A DNA stretch of 64,000 bases from an uncultured Candidatus Rokubacteria bacterium (GCA_963754315.1 CAVWFS010000019.1:849640-913639), one strand, 5' to 3'. Numbered from the stretch's first letter, positions 47,601-56,669 are shown. A program made the numbers and translations. The notes: a model not told the origin generated them from the sequence alone.

Positions 47601-49180
47601 TCCCACACCACCGCGTAAGGTCCGATCGTCGTCTCTGCCCCCAGATTGGCGCCGTCAAGCTTGAACTGCACTCCCACCACGTTATCGGACGCGGACGCCG
47701 TCACTGTCACCGTCCCCGCGACGGTTGCCCCCGCTGCCGGCGCGCTCAACGTCACCGTCGGGTTGGTGGCATCGGTCGGTGACGCCCCGTTTCCGACGGT
47801 GACTGTGCGGGCGGCCGCCGTGGCGCTGTTTCCAGTGGCATCGCGGGCCACCGCTGTGAGGGTGTGCGCGCCATTGGCCGCTGTCGTCGTATCCCATGCG
47901 ACCGAGTACGGGTGGGTCGTTGCCTCTGTCCCCAGATTGACGCCATCGAGTTTGAACTGGACTCCCACCACGGAGACGTCATCCGACGCGGACGCCGCCA
48001 CCGTCACCGTCCCCGCGACGATCTCGCCTGCGGCCGGCGCGCTGAGCGTCACCGTCAGGTTTGTGGGGTCGGTCGGTGGCCGGTCTGGCGAAGGTTGAAG
48101 CGAAAGGGCGTACGCATCGAGGTCTACGCTCGTCACTGCAACGAACACGCCCGGCCCAGGCACGTAGCCCCACCGGCCGAAAGTCCCGTTCTCCGGCGCC
48201 GCGCCCGGCCCGCCGGTCAACGTCTGCGTCGTCCACGTCTGCGTGTCGGTATTCAAGCTGTAGACGGTGTCCTCCCCAGCCCATACCACCATCCGATCCG
48301 ATCCGGGATCATAACTGATGCCGGGAGACAAGGCGTTGACCACTCCTGGGCCCCCGGTCCACCTCTGCGCCATGTACGCGCTCCCTGGCCCGATGTCGTA
48401 GACGGTGACTCCGCCGCCGCTGCCGGCCGTTCCCCCTACGATGATGAGTTTTTTGCGTATAGGATCCACCGCCGCCGTCATGTGGTAGTCGATGTGATTG
48501 CCGGTGGCCAGCCGCTGGTAGCTGTTGGTCTCGAACGTGTAGGCGAAGAGATCCCAGGCGTCGTGCAGGAAGACCTTCCGGGTGTTGGGATCGTAGGCGG
48601 CGACAATGCCGGCGTCGTAGCGCGGCTGTGGGCCCGACGGCCTCATGGCCTGCCACGTGTTGGTGGCAAAGCTGAACGTCCAGGTATCACCGCCGAAGTG
48701 GCCAGGGCTGCAGCCCAGGCTTCCCCCGTAGACGAACATGCGGTCGACGTGTTCGATGTAGGCCAGACCGCCGTACGTATGCCGCGAGTTGGGCGTCCCG
48801 TCCGCCAGCGTGGTCGTGCAGTTGGTGGTGTTGAGGGGCACATTCGGGGGCGATGGGTTTGTCAGTCGCTCAACTTTCGGTGGCTTGACGGTGATCGCGT
48901 AGATCTCGTTGCCCCGGTAATCGTTGTGCCCCCCTCCCCACACGATCAGGCGACCGCGCCGTGTGTCAATCACGCCGCCATTCCAGGCCAGAATCACGTT
49001 CTTGCAGTAATCCGCGAAAGCGTACTCCGGTGTGTTCGGAGGGCACACCGTCCTCAGTCTCGTATTGGTCATCTCAGTCCAGCCGGCCGGAAAGCTCTGC
49101 GCGTCTGCTTGTCCGACCAGCAGCGCCACCGCCCATGAGATTTGGCAGAGTACAAACAGCAGACGAACAACTTTCGGCAT
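44606..49180 (-). CDS. giant secreted multidomain protein: family A propeller - 2x Ig-like - family B domain - 2x fibronectin type III - right-handed beta-helix (putative surface polysaccharide-active enzyme)
   Basis: Start at M36 (MPKVVRLLFVLCQ...) with GGAGG 7 nt upstream. Two ~90-aa repeats 'TVTLSAPAAG..VAGTVTV.ASASD...VQFKLDG.NLG....PY.V.WDTT....HTLTAVARDA.GNSATAAAR.VTV'. Two FN3-like repeats 'PTAPTNLGATVASASEINLSWTAATDNV.VTGY.VERC.G.GCSSFAQVATPSGT.YSDTGRTAGTSYSYRVRA.DAAANLGPYSNTASATI'. C-terminal beta-helix rungs paralogous to 16888..18168. Confidence 0.8.
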   Translation of the reverse strand: MPKVVRLLFVLCQISWAVALLVGQADAQSFPAGWTEMTNTRLRTVCPPNTPEYAFADYCKNVILAWNGGVIDTRRGRLIVWGGGHNDYRGNEIYAITVKPPKVERLTNPSPPNVPLNTTNCTTTLADGTPNSRHTYGGLAYIEHVDRMFVYGGSLGCSPGHFGGDTWTFSFATNTWQAMRPSGPQPRYDAGIVAAYDPNTRKVFLHDAWDLFAYTFETNSYQRLATGNHIDYHMTAAVDPIRKKLIIVGGTAGSGGGVTVYDIGPGSAYMAQRWTGGPGVVNALSPGISYDPGSDRMVVWAGEDTVYSLNTDTQTWTTQTLTGGPGAAPENGTFGRWGYVPGPGVFVAVTSVDLDAYALSLQPSPDRPPTDPTNLTVTLSAPAAGEIVAGTVTVAASASDDVSVVGVQFKLDGVNLGTEATTHPYSVAWDTTTAANGAHTLTAVARDATGNSATAAARTVTVGNGASPTDATNPTVTLSAPAAGATVAGTVTVTASASDNVVGVQFKLDGANLGAETTIGPYAVVWDTTAEGDGMHTLTAVARDAAGNSATAAARLVTVSNSAPPPLRPGTPIDIPSGVFIALERPDWGRGPARETKHSTYAHNPIDGRLYQMGGDFGGTVGGSSYRQDMYSVSIAERWASRNDRNAGWRQEYPYCGPEGGRQPKSPDYVGWTWDSKRRVFWSVPGTFVIPAAVVCPGITSSWADDPPKYLFNHLMTFDPFEPDLTQRWQDRGRDIGPTAVDTWMSVYDAGTDSLIRFGWDGARGAMVNIYDITAGQWTAKLLGLNAVGQDIRIFKEMLAADWGQRVIYVIDGIAGRLHRYRVDGRTIEDLGAVPGGPIAYTANNDAYAVWDSLHRVLFFFRMDTSILHVYHPDTQEWETPPLVTDPPGLTPHVRHAAVFDPDQNVLVLLGTTDTANPYMYFYRYRPSFGTGDTTTPTAPTNLGATVASASEINLSWTAATDNVGVTGYRVERCEGTGCSSFAQVATPSGTIYSDTGRTAGTSYSYRVRAIDAAANLGPYSNTASATIADTTTPTAPTIADTMTPTAPTNLGATVASASEINLSWTAATDNVEVTGYLVERCQGAGCSSFAQVATPSGTVYSDTGRTAGTSYSYRVRATDAAANLGPYSNTASATIAQSGTTIKVGAADPWCNILNKAQPGTEIVFVAGSYTSPCWITAVGTAAAPIVMRSQDEGNSSRATFAYAGSNHNVLELRGAGYLYIRGFAFAPTQEDVDAIRIWSAHDIVIERNTFEGIGGIAISANTQDSHRLTVRENLFKDLNQTGLYFGCHDGTSCHVTELLVENNVINGVTSNGIGYGLQIKLNSYGTVRGNTISRTKGPGIMVYGSNRGDPPSVIEKNYVEGSLEEGGIVVGGGPAIVWNNVLVGNAFGGISAQNYGRRNLQKNVWIVHNTVLDNSDSGINVAGWGNQSGNVIAFNAIRPLVGTPDLWPSSPAGTILGNITCGPTTGCFVQAMPPPPYVLWPAPNSPLIDAAGSGPEPWRPADDFVDVPRSGAADVGAFELHE
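46406..47470. repeat. IR-B copy 2 (inverted partner of 15408..16468)
   Basis: See IR-B copy 1. Confidence 0.85.
48389..49000. repeat. IR-A copy 2 (inverted partner of 41765..42376)
   Basis: See IR-A copy 1. Confidence 0.85.
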
Positions 49181-49740
49181 TCGTGAACCTCCGTTCAGGA
49201 CGGGCGTCCGACCATGCCGCTCAGCATGTGCAAATCCCGTCGATGCTCGTGGTCGAGACTCTCTGGCAATTCGCATACCGATCAAGGCCCCGAGCAGAAT
49301 GCATGGGTTCGCGTGACACTTCGGCGTGATTCAGTGACAGACTGGCGCGGCAACGATCGGACTTCGACAAAACAGTCGGCGAGAGTTCTTCTCGGGAGAC
49401 CCGCGAGTGGTTTGCTGCTCTGACTGCGAGCGGTCTGTGGAGCCCGACATGCCCAGAAAGCAGTCGGCCTGCTAGGAAATAGGGCAATCCGAGAGTCTGG
49501 CCGGGAGACTACCCTGCTCGCGATCCGTGTCTTGGGACCGCTGGCGAAACAGGTTGATGCCGCCGCGACCACGAACCTCTCGGCCGCCCGGCTACGTACG
49601 CTTCACGTGATCGGCGGTGATCCTATCGGTTGTGGTGGTCTACTCCCTCCTTGTGTCGGTCACCCTCGCGGCGGCCGCAGCGCGCAGCAGTCAGGGCCGG
49701 CGCCTCGTGTCGCGCACTCGCCCCGCCTTGCCGGGTGGGC

Positions 49741-50556
49741 TCACGGTCCAGTCGAGTAGATCGGATCCCCGCCTGGCGGCAGCATCCTGATCAGCGTGAC
49801 GCTATTTTGGCGCCACTTGTGAGGCTCGAGAAGGCTTAGGAGCTCGAACTTTTGAAAGGAGTCGGTGGCTTGCCTCAGCTTGAGGTCCAGCACGATCGGG
49901 CGAAGCTGGACATTGGTCAGGGTGGAGTGCAACAGCAGGAGCCCGTGCTGGGGGTTGATGAGGGGCCAGTATTCGGCAAGGAAAGCGGAGTAGTGGGGGA
50001 AGGAGCCACAATCAAACCACACAAAGTCGAACGGGAGGATCTCGCGCGGCAGGGACGAGGACATGCCTCGGAAATCCCCCTTCTGGAATCTCAGGATGTG
50101 CTCAAGTCCCAGGGCGGCTGCTGCCTTCTCTACTCGGTGAGCGCTGGTGGCTGGATGCGAGACGTCATCGATGATGGTGAGCACCGACGCGTAGTCCGCC
50201 TCGTAGTACTCTGGGCGGGCCAGAGGTAGTGGATGGCGGCCGCGGAGCACACGTCGCATGCCGGAGTGCTGGTCCGAGCGCACGTGGCCGCGCAGGACTT
50301 CCCGATACTTGTGATCTTCGTCCTGATTGTCGGCCAGAGCCTGCAGGATGAAGAGCGAGGAATACCCGGCCCCCACCTCCAGCGCGCTGTGGGGCTTGGT
50401 GCAGCGAATGAGGCTGTAGATTAGGGGGCTGAGCATCTCGACGCCCATACTCCAGTTCTGGTCAACAGCACTGACCGCGTCGTAAAAGCCCGAGGTCAGC
50501 GGCATGGCCGGCTTCGGGCTGTGAGCGTGGCTGTCACCGGACCGTCGGTCCACCAC
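49741..50556 (-). CDS. class I SAM-dependent methyltransferase (O-methyltransferase-like); start uncertain (M1 or M18)
   Basis: Motif I 'ALEVGAGYSSLFILQAL'; acidic loop 'DNQDED'; 'FDFVWFDCG' motif. Confidence 0.6.
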   Translation of the reverse strand: MVDRRSGDSHAHSPKPAMPLTSGFYDAVSAVDQNWSMGVEMLSPLIYSLIRCTKPHSALEVGAGYSSLFILQALADNQDEDHKYREVLRGHVRSDQHSGMRRVLRGRHPLPLARPEYYEADYASVLTIIDDVSHPATSAHRVEKAAAALGLEHILRFQKGDFRGMSSSLPREILPFDFVWFDCGSFPHYSAFLAEYWPLINPQHGLLLLHSTLTNVQLRPIVLDLKLRQATDSFQKFELLSLLEPHKWRQNSVTLIRMLPPGGDPIYSTGP

Positions 50557-50716
50557 CAGAGGCTCTCCATCTCGGGGAGCGCACTGGCAAGAAGGTTGCT
50601 GGCAACATCCGACGAATTCATCGTGTGACCTCCTAGACTTGGATGCGAGATCGCCGCCCGAGAGACCTCACCGGCCGCAATACCTGCCGGGTCGGAGATC
50701 ACTGGCGACGACCTGC

Positions 50717-53700
50717 TCACTCGAGTGCCGCCTCTGCCCGCTCCCGCCAGAAGCTCATGTCCATCTCGCGGTACATGGTCGCTGCGCTCACGAGCTGCTC
50801 TGCGGCCATCGCCTGATTCCCGACCGCGCTGCCGAGCTGGCCAAGGCTCAGGTGGCAGTGGGCCTCAAGCGGGCGCATGCCCAGCTCTTTGGCCTGGGTA
50901 AGAGCCTCCCGGTAGTGGGCTTCGGCGCGCTCGCGCTCCGGGGGATGCTGATGGGCGGCGATATCACCGACCAGGCGCAGGGCACACGCGTGATTGCCAC
51001 GTTCCCCGTGCTCGCTGGTGAGGGCCAGCACATGCCCGACCGAGGCCTGAGCCTCTTCCAAACAGCCGGCCAGCATCTGAGCCTCCCCCAGCGAAAGGCC
51101 GCAGATGGTTCGGAACACGACAGTCTCCATGACAGTGGTGTGTTCTAAGGCTCGCGTGAGTAGCGCCACCGCGTCAGCGGTGCGACCGTGCAAAGCATAT
51201 GCTGCCCCCAACGCCGGCGCCACCATGGGGAACCAGAGTGGGAGGTCCGCCTCGTAACAAATAGCGAGGGCCCGTTCGAGCAAGCGGAGCGCCCTAGGCA
51301 CGTCGCCTTGGCCGAGGGACAGCCGACCGCTCCCCCACAAGGCAACCATGAGGCTCGAGGGATGCGCCACTGCCTCGGCAATCTGGAGCCCCTCTTGCGC
51401 AAGGGGGATGCCGGACGCGAACGTGCCCAGCTCGGCATGGCCCCAGGCACTCCAGGCGCGAGCGGTCACGGCAGGTAGATTGACCTGGCCAAAACGTTCG
51501 TGGCGCTGACCCCAGTCGATCGACGATGCTGTTCGCCCGAAGCAATTGATTGCCTGACAATAGTTGCCCTTGGCATGGTAAGCGAAGCCCAGATTGAGAT
51601 TCGCGAGTGCGTCCTGAATAGTTTCGCCGCTGGCCGTGGCCAGCGCGAGAGCGCGGTGCCCGGTGGCGATCGCTTGATCATGCGCACCCATGAACCAAAA
51701 ATGGAGTGACAGCAGGCGCGAGATCTGTCCCAGCCGACGCTGATCGTCGAGGGCACTGGCCAGGGACTCGGCCTCGCGCAGACACGCCAGCATGCGTCCA
51801 AAGTTGCCAGAGGGAAGGAGTGCCGCCCGAAGGGCGAACCGTAGGTCGATAGCCTGCTCGCGCGTGTCGCGCCGCTCGGGCAGGTGCTCGAGAGCGCCGA
51901 GTGCTTCATCGAAGTACCCCACGGCTTGTCTATGCGCTGACCGCGTCGCCGCCTTGGTTCCGGCCTGATGACAGTATTGCAGCGCCTTCTCCCACACCTC
52001 GCCCCGAATGGCGTGGTATGCGAGCTGTTCCACCTGGGCGCCGAGATAGTCGGGAGTGGTCTGTTCGACTGTCTCCACGATTCGCGCGTGCAATACCCGA
52101 CGACGATCGTGAAGGAGACTGCCATAGGCCACGTCGTGGGTGAGCGCGTGCTTGAACGTGTAAGCGATTTCCGGGAAGAGGCTAACTTCGTAGAGGAACT
52201 CGGAGGTCTGGAGATGGGCGAGCGCCCCCCGCAGGATTCCCTCCGAAAGCTCGGTAATAGCCTGCAGAAGCACCAAGGTGACGTCACGACCGATGACGGC
52301 CGCCGTTTGCAAGAGGGTCTTCTCTTCCGCCGGAAGGCGGTCCATCCTGGCGGCGAGGACTGCCTGGACAGTTGCCGGCACTGGCAGGGTCGGGAGCGCT
52401 TGCACGAGGCGATAGGCCCCTGGCTCTCCCAGCACAATCTGACTCTCGACCAGGGTCCGGACACTCTCCTCGAGGAAGAACGGGTTCCCTTCAGTACGCT
52501 CGATTAGCGCTCGCGTGAGCGGCTCGAGGGTCGCATCATCTCCCAGGAGGGATCGGAGGAGCCCCTCGGCACGAGCGGGCGGTAATGGGTCGATCCGCAT
52601 CTGAGTATAGTGGGGTTTCCCCCCCCCCCATTGGTGCTGATACTCAGGGCGGTAGTTGACGAGGAGGAGGATACGCGCAGTTCGGAGGCTGGCTACGAAA
52701 CCATCTAGGAACGCTTGCGTCTCCGTATCGATCCAGTGGAGGTTTTCACAGACCAGCAGCACGGGCTGAACCTGACTCTCACACAGTAAAAGGCGCTTGA
52801 GGGCGTCCAGCGTTCGCTGCCGGCGTTGGGGGGGATCAAGCGCCAGCCACGCGCGGTCGCTCACGGGCACATCCAATAGCGCCAGCACGGCCGGCAAGGT
52901 CGATTCGAGGGCTGGATCGAGCCTACGCAGCCTGGCGGTGACCTCCTCGCGAATCCACGCTTCGTCGCTTCGTGGCTCAAGGTCAAAGTAGGCTCTCAGA
53001 AGATCCCGAAGGGGATAATAGGGCGTCGCCGTTCCGTAGGAAACCGCCTCGCCTTCCAGCAGCAGCCAGCCCCGCGCTGATGGGGAACTGAGAAACTCAG
53101 AAAAGAGGCGCGTCTTCCCTACCCCAGGTTCACCGATGACCGCGACCACTTGGCCGGCGCCCCCCGCCGCAAGCCCGAGGGCTCGGCCGAGAAGCTCGAG
53201 CTCTGGCTGACGCCCCACAAAACGGGTGAGTCCGCGGGCGGCGAACACCTGGAGACGGGCGCGGGGCTGTCCAGCGCCCACTAACTCAAAGATCTCTAGG
53301 GGACGCGCCAGCCCCTTGACAGAGGTTCGCCCGAGCGGTTTGACCTGGATAACCCCTTCGGCCAGCCGGAGCGTGTCCGCCGTCAACAGAATGCTCCCCG
53401 CCGGTGCGAGCTGTTCCATGCGCGCCGCTAGATGCGTGGTCTGTCCGATGGCCGAGTAGTCCATATGAAGATCGCTGCGGATGGCCCGGACGACGACTTC
53501 ACCCGAATTGAGACCCACCCGGATCTGGATCTCGACACCGTGCTTGCGGCGGACCTGGTCCGCGTAATTCTTGATCACCTCTTGCATAGCCAGGGCGGCA
53601 TAGCAAGCGCGCACGGCATGATCCTCGTGCGCCAGCGGGGCGCCGAAGAGAGCCATGACCCCGTCGCCCATTACTTGGTTGACGGTGCCTTCGTACCGGT

Positions 53701-54076
53701 GGACGGCCGCCATCATCCGTTCCACCACCGGATCGAGCAGTTTCCGTGCCTCCTCGGGATCGCGGTCGGAGAGGAGCTCCAGGGAGTTCTTGAGGTCAGC
53801 GAAGAGAACAGTAACCTGTTTGCGCTCGCCTTCCAGGGCCGCCTTCGAAAAGATGATCCTCTCGGCAAGGTACTTGGGAGTGTAAGACTCTGGAGAAACG
53901 CTTGGAGATCCGTCTGGATGAGCAGGGATCAAGGGCTGCCCACATCCACCGCAGAACCTCTCGCCCGGCTCATTCGAGAATCCACAACCCTGACACGGCA
54001 GAGTCAACATCGCGCCGCATTCGGAGCAGAAGCGACGGCCTATACGATTCGGATGCTGACACCGAGGGCACTGCAT
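50717..54076 (-). CDS. signal-transduction protein: double zinc-ribbon + class III adenylyl/guanylyl cyclase domain + AAA (STAND-like) NTPase + TPR repeats
   Basis: Start at M32 'MQCPRCQHPNRIGRRFCSECGAML..CQGCGF..FCGGCG' (GGAGG upstream). CHD block 'KQVTVLFADLKNS...VNQVMGDGVMALFGAPLAHEDHAVRA...IQIRVGLNSGEVVV'. P-loop 'VIGEPGVGKTRL'. C-terminal ~450 aa TPR-like. Contains an 11-nt G homopolymer (coding WGGG) at 52619-52629. Confidence 0.8.
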   Translation of the reverse strand: MQCPRCQHPNRIGRRFCSECGAMLTLPCQGCGFSNEPGERFCGGCGQPLIPAHPDGSPSVSPESYTPKYLAERIIFSKAALEGERKQVTVLFADLKNSLELLSDRDPEEARKLLDPVVERMMAAVHRYEGTVNQVMGDGVMALFGAPLAHEDHAVRACYAALAMQEVIKNYADQVRRKHGVEIQIRVGLNSGEVVVRAIRSDLHMDYSAIGQTTHLAARMEQLAPAGSILLTADTLRLAEGVIQVKPLGRTSVKGLARPLEIFELVGAGQPRARLQVFAARGLTRFVGRQPELELLGRALGLAAGGAGQVVAVIGEPGVGKTRLFSEFLSSPSARGWLLLEGEAVSYGTATPYYPLRDLLRAYFDLEPRSDEAWIREEVTARLRRLDPALESTLPAVLALLDVPVSDRAWLALDPPQRRQRTLDALKRLLLCESQVQPVLLVCENLHWIDTETQAFLDGFVASLRTARILLLVNYRPEYQHQWGGGKPHYTQMRIDPLPPARAEGLLRSLLGDDATLEPLTRALIERTEGNPFFLEESVRTLVESQIVLGEPGAYRLVQALPTLPVPATVQAVLAARMDRLPAEEKTLLQTAAVIGRDVTLVLLQAITELSEGILRGALAHLQTSEFLYEVSLFPEIAYTFKHALTHDVAYGSLLHDRRRVLHARIVETVEQTTPDYLGAQVEQLAYHAIRGEVWEKALQYCHQAGTKAATRSAHRQAVGYFDEALGALEHLPERRDTREQAIDLRFALRAALLPSGNFGRMLACLREAESLASALDDQRRLGQISRLLSLHFWFMGAHDQAIATGHRALALATASGETIQDALANLNLGFAYHAKGNYCQAINCFGRTASSIDWGQRHERFGQVNLPAVTARAWSAWGHAELGTFASGIPLAQEGLQIAEAVAHPSSLMVALWGSGRLSLGQGDVPRALRLLERALAICYEADLPLWFPMVAPALGAAYALHGRTADAVALLTRALEHTTVMETVVFRTICGLSLGEAQMLAGCLEEAQASVGHVLALTSEHGERGNHACALRLVGDIAAHQHPPERERAEAHYREALTQAKELGMRPLEAHCHLSLGQLGSAVGNQAMAAEQLVSAATMYREMDMSFWRERAEAALE

Positions 54077-54387
54077 CTGGGAGGCATCCTCCGTGCGGGG
54101 CGGCGTCTCCGCTCTGCCGGTTACCCTACTCCGGCGGCCGCGGATGGGAAACGGCCCGCATCGACTCAAAATTTTGGTTACCTAGGGCGACCGCCTAGAT
54201 CAGAAGTCGCGGGTACCAAGCTATCAGAGGAGGGTACGGTGACGCGAGCGAGTGTGCGCGAGTATGCCGCCAGACAGCGGGAGGGGTCTTGCCGCCGGCC
54301 TGAACGGCTCGCAGCCAGCACACGCACTGGGCTCATGGTACCGGCGGCCAATCAACCGCGCCGTCCGACCCACCCCCTGTTGACCGA

Positions 54388-55299
54388 TCAGCGGATGTAC
54401 GCCTGCTTCTTCTCGCTCCGCGCGCTGGCCTTGGCGGTCGCGTGATCGACGGCCGCCATCAGATGCTCGCCCCAGCGGCCCGGATGTATCGTGCGTGGTA
54501 GTTCGCGCGCAAAAAATTCCCTGGGCAGGATGCGCAAGGCGTAGAGCTTCTCTTTGGACTTACTGGGAACGAGCATGAGTCCACGAAAATTCTTCCACCA
54601 CCAGCTCGTTCCCTCCACCCCGGGGTAGATCGGGATGGCGAATCCCCGATGCTTCATGTTGAACGCGATCGTGATCCGTTGCCGCTCTCCCCGATACGGC
54701 TCCACATAATGATAGAGCGTGCTCGGGAATAGTACCATCAGCCCCGACTGCGGCGTGATCGTAACCTCCCGCTCGAAAGGATCGGGATTGTGCAAAACCT
54801 CCTTCGGCGCCCCGCTGCGATCCTGGAACTTCGTGTACCCGGACACCGCGCCGCCCCCGCCTTCTGCGCCTCCCGGATCAACATAATAGAACGACGACCA
54901 GATGGTCCCATACCCATAGTGATCGTGCGCGGTGTTGAAAGCACCCCTTCGATTCACGTTCGCCCACGCGATCATTTCCCAGTCGTCAAGATGCGCGTCG
55001 GTCGGATCCATCACCGTTCGCCGCACGACTTCGCGGACGAGGGCATGGGACCGCGCAACGAAGGTCTGCACACACGCCTCCGGCCACGTGTGCAGGTCGG
55101 GCTTTGACTGCCAGCCACCTCGGTTAGTCTTCACCACCCCTGGTGACTCTTCCATCTTCCGCAGGATGACCTGCCTCAGTTCGCGATTGAGCACCTCTCC
55201 GTCCGGCCATAGGAACTTGCATACCGGACTGGAGAAGAGCTGCACCACTTCGGCTTTGGCCACCTGGCACTCGAGACTGGCGCTTGCCATCTTACTCAT
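54388..55299 (-). CDS. putative 2OG-Fe(II) oxygenase-superfamily protein (TIGR02466-like conserved hypothetical)
   Basis: Start 'MSKMASAS' with GGAGG 6 nt upstream. 'NVNRRGAFNTAHDHYGYGTIWSSFYYVD' resembles the HxD...H/YYV block of that family. Family assignment from memory, unverified. Confidence 0.45.
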   Translation of the reverse strand: MSKMASASLECQVAKAEVVQLFSSPVCKFLWPDGEVLNRELRQVILRKMEESPGVVKTNRGGWQSKPDLHTWPEACVQTFVARSHALVREVVRRTVMDPTDAHLDDWEMIAWANVNRRGAFNTAHDHYGYGTIWSSFYYVDPGGAEGGGGAVSGYTKFQDRSGAPKEVLHNPDPFEREVTITPQSGLMVLFPSTLYHYVEPYRGERQRITIAFNMKHRGFAIPIYPGVEGTSWWWKNFRGLMLVPSKSKEKLYALRILPREFFARELPRTIHPGRWGEHLMAAVDHATAKASARSEKKQAYIR

Positions 55300-55368
55300 G
55301 CTCCACCTCCGACGAAGACGACGCCCTACCAACCATGGTCCTCCACGGCCCACGCTCGGCGCTCACCA

Positions 55369-56637
55369 CTAGCGCCGACCACCCCGCTCCGCGGGTTTCG
55401 CGGGCCCCGACCGCACCACCTGTCGACACACGTCGGCGAACACGGCCGCCGCCCCTTCCCAGCCGCAGTCCCGTTCCACAAACTCACGGCTCGCTGCCTG
55501 CAGACGCCTTCGGGCCTTCTCATCGCCCAGCAGTCCGACCACGGCCTCCGCAAATCCTTCCGCCCCATCGGCCAGAACCACGTTCTCGCCATGAGTCACC
55601 GGTAGTCCTTCCGCCCCGATCCGGGTGGAAACCACCGGCTTCCCCATGGCCATCGCCTCGTAGAACTTGATCCGCGTCCCGCCGCCGATCCGCAGAGGAA
55701 TAATGTAGACCGCGTGTCGCGCGATGTACGGCCTGACATCATCCACCCGCCCGACCACTCTTATCTCCGGATAACTCGCCAAAAGATCGAGCAGCCTGCG
55801 AGATGGCTTCCGGCCCACGATGCTGACGCTCACGTTGGGGATCTTCACCTTGATCTTCCCGAGGATCTCCTGGGCAAAGAAGATCAGTGCGTCCTCGTTA
55901 GGCAGCCAATCCATCGATCCCGTGAAGACAAGGCTGTTCGGGATCTCGGGCCCGGGCCAAGGCCGAAAGTACTCAGTATCAACTCCCGTGGGAATCGAAT
56001 GTACGTGACGGAGCCCGAACTCGCGTTCCATCAGCCTTTTGTCAACGTCTGACACGGCAATGACAGCATCGAACCGGCGACATGCCAGGCGCTCGTACCT
56101 ATACATCTTCCTCCATTGACTCCTCCAAAACAGCTTCATGACCGGGCTTCGGGCCGTCCCCAGGTGACGCTCCAAGATCACCGATTCCACATTGTGCTGA
56201 AACAGAATCGTGGGGTATCCCTTCACTCGCCTGAAGTTCAGGCTGGGCTGTAAGAAATCGCAGACGAGTACGTCATAGTGCTTCTGCGCCAGCTCCGCCA
56301 ACAGCGCGCTCTCCAGCGCCGGCGAATAGTCGTTGAGGACCGCGATCGGGTAGCGAGACCACAGTCGGCGGGCGATCCGCCCATAGAAGGCGACCGAGTT
56401 CTTTACCACTTCCCTCCACGGAACGGGAATGAACTTCGCGCAGATCCTTCCTGCGTGCTCCAGGTACGGATCGTCGGTCGGATGCTCCACGTTTGCGATG
56501 AATGTCACGGCAAACACCTTCCCCAACTCCTCGAGCAACTTACCCGTCCGGATCTTGCCTCCGGCATCCATTGGGTAGGGAAATCGCTGGGCAAAAAAGA
56601 GCATCCGAAGCCGCTGATCACGAGCTGGCGCCATCAT
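55369..56637 (-). CDS. glycosyltransferase family 4
   Basis: N-terminal 'MMAPARDQRLRMLFFAQRFPYPMDAGGKIRTGKL'. C-terminal 'GGTRIKFYEAMAMGKPVVSTRIGAEGLPVTHGENVVLADGAEGF' GT4 motif. Confidence 0.75.
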   Translation of the reverse strand: MMAPARDQRLRMLFFAQRFPYPMDAGGKIRTGKLLEELGKVFAVTFIANVEHPTDDPYLEHAGRICAKFIPVPWREVVKNSVAFYGRIARRLWSRYPIAVLNDYSPALESALLAELAQKHYDVLVCDFLQPSLNFRRVKGYPTILFQHNVESVILERHLGTARSPVMKLFWRSQWRKMYRYERLACRRFDAVIAVSDVDKRLMEREFGLRHVHSIPTGVDTEYFRPWPGPEIPNSLVFTGSMDWLPNEDALIFFAQEILGKIKVKIPNVSVSIVGRKPSRRLLDLLASYPEIRVVGRVDDVRPYIARHAVYIIPLRIGGGTRIKFYEAMAMGKPVVSTRIGAEGLPVTHGENVVLADGAEGFAEAVVGLLGDEKARRRLQAASREFVERDCGWEGAAAVFADVCRQVVRSGPAKPAERGGRR

Positions 56638-56669
56638 CGCGACCGTTCCACGTCCCTTGTCTTGCTCGC

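Noticed and set aside
12624-49180. PEP-CTERM sorting signals on the secreted A/B/C-family proteins (expected exosortase substrates)
   Set aside because: Checked C-termini (…ELTFSP, …ELSFAP, …PAGGSR, …YLYLYRYR, …AFELHE, …QPGERPR). None has the PEP motif + TM helix + Arg-rich tail, so exosortase substrates are presumably encoded elsewhere.
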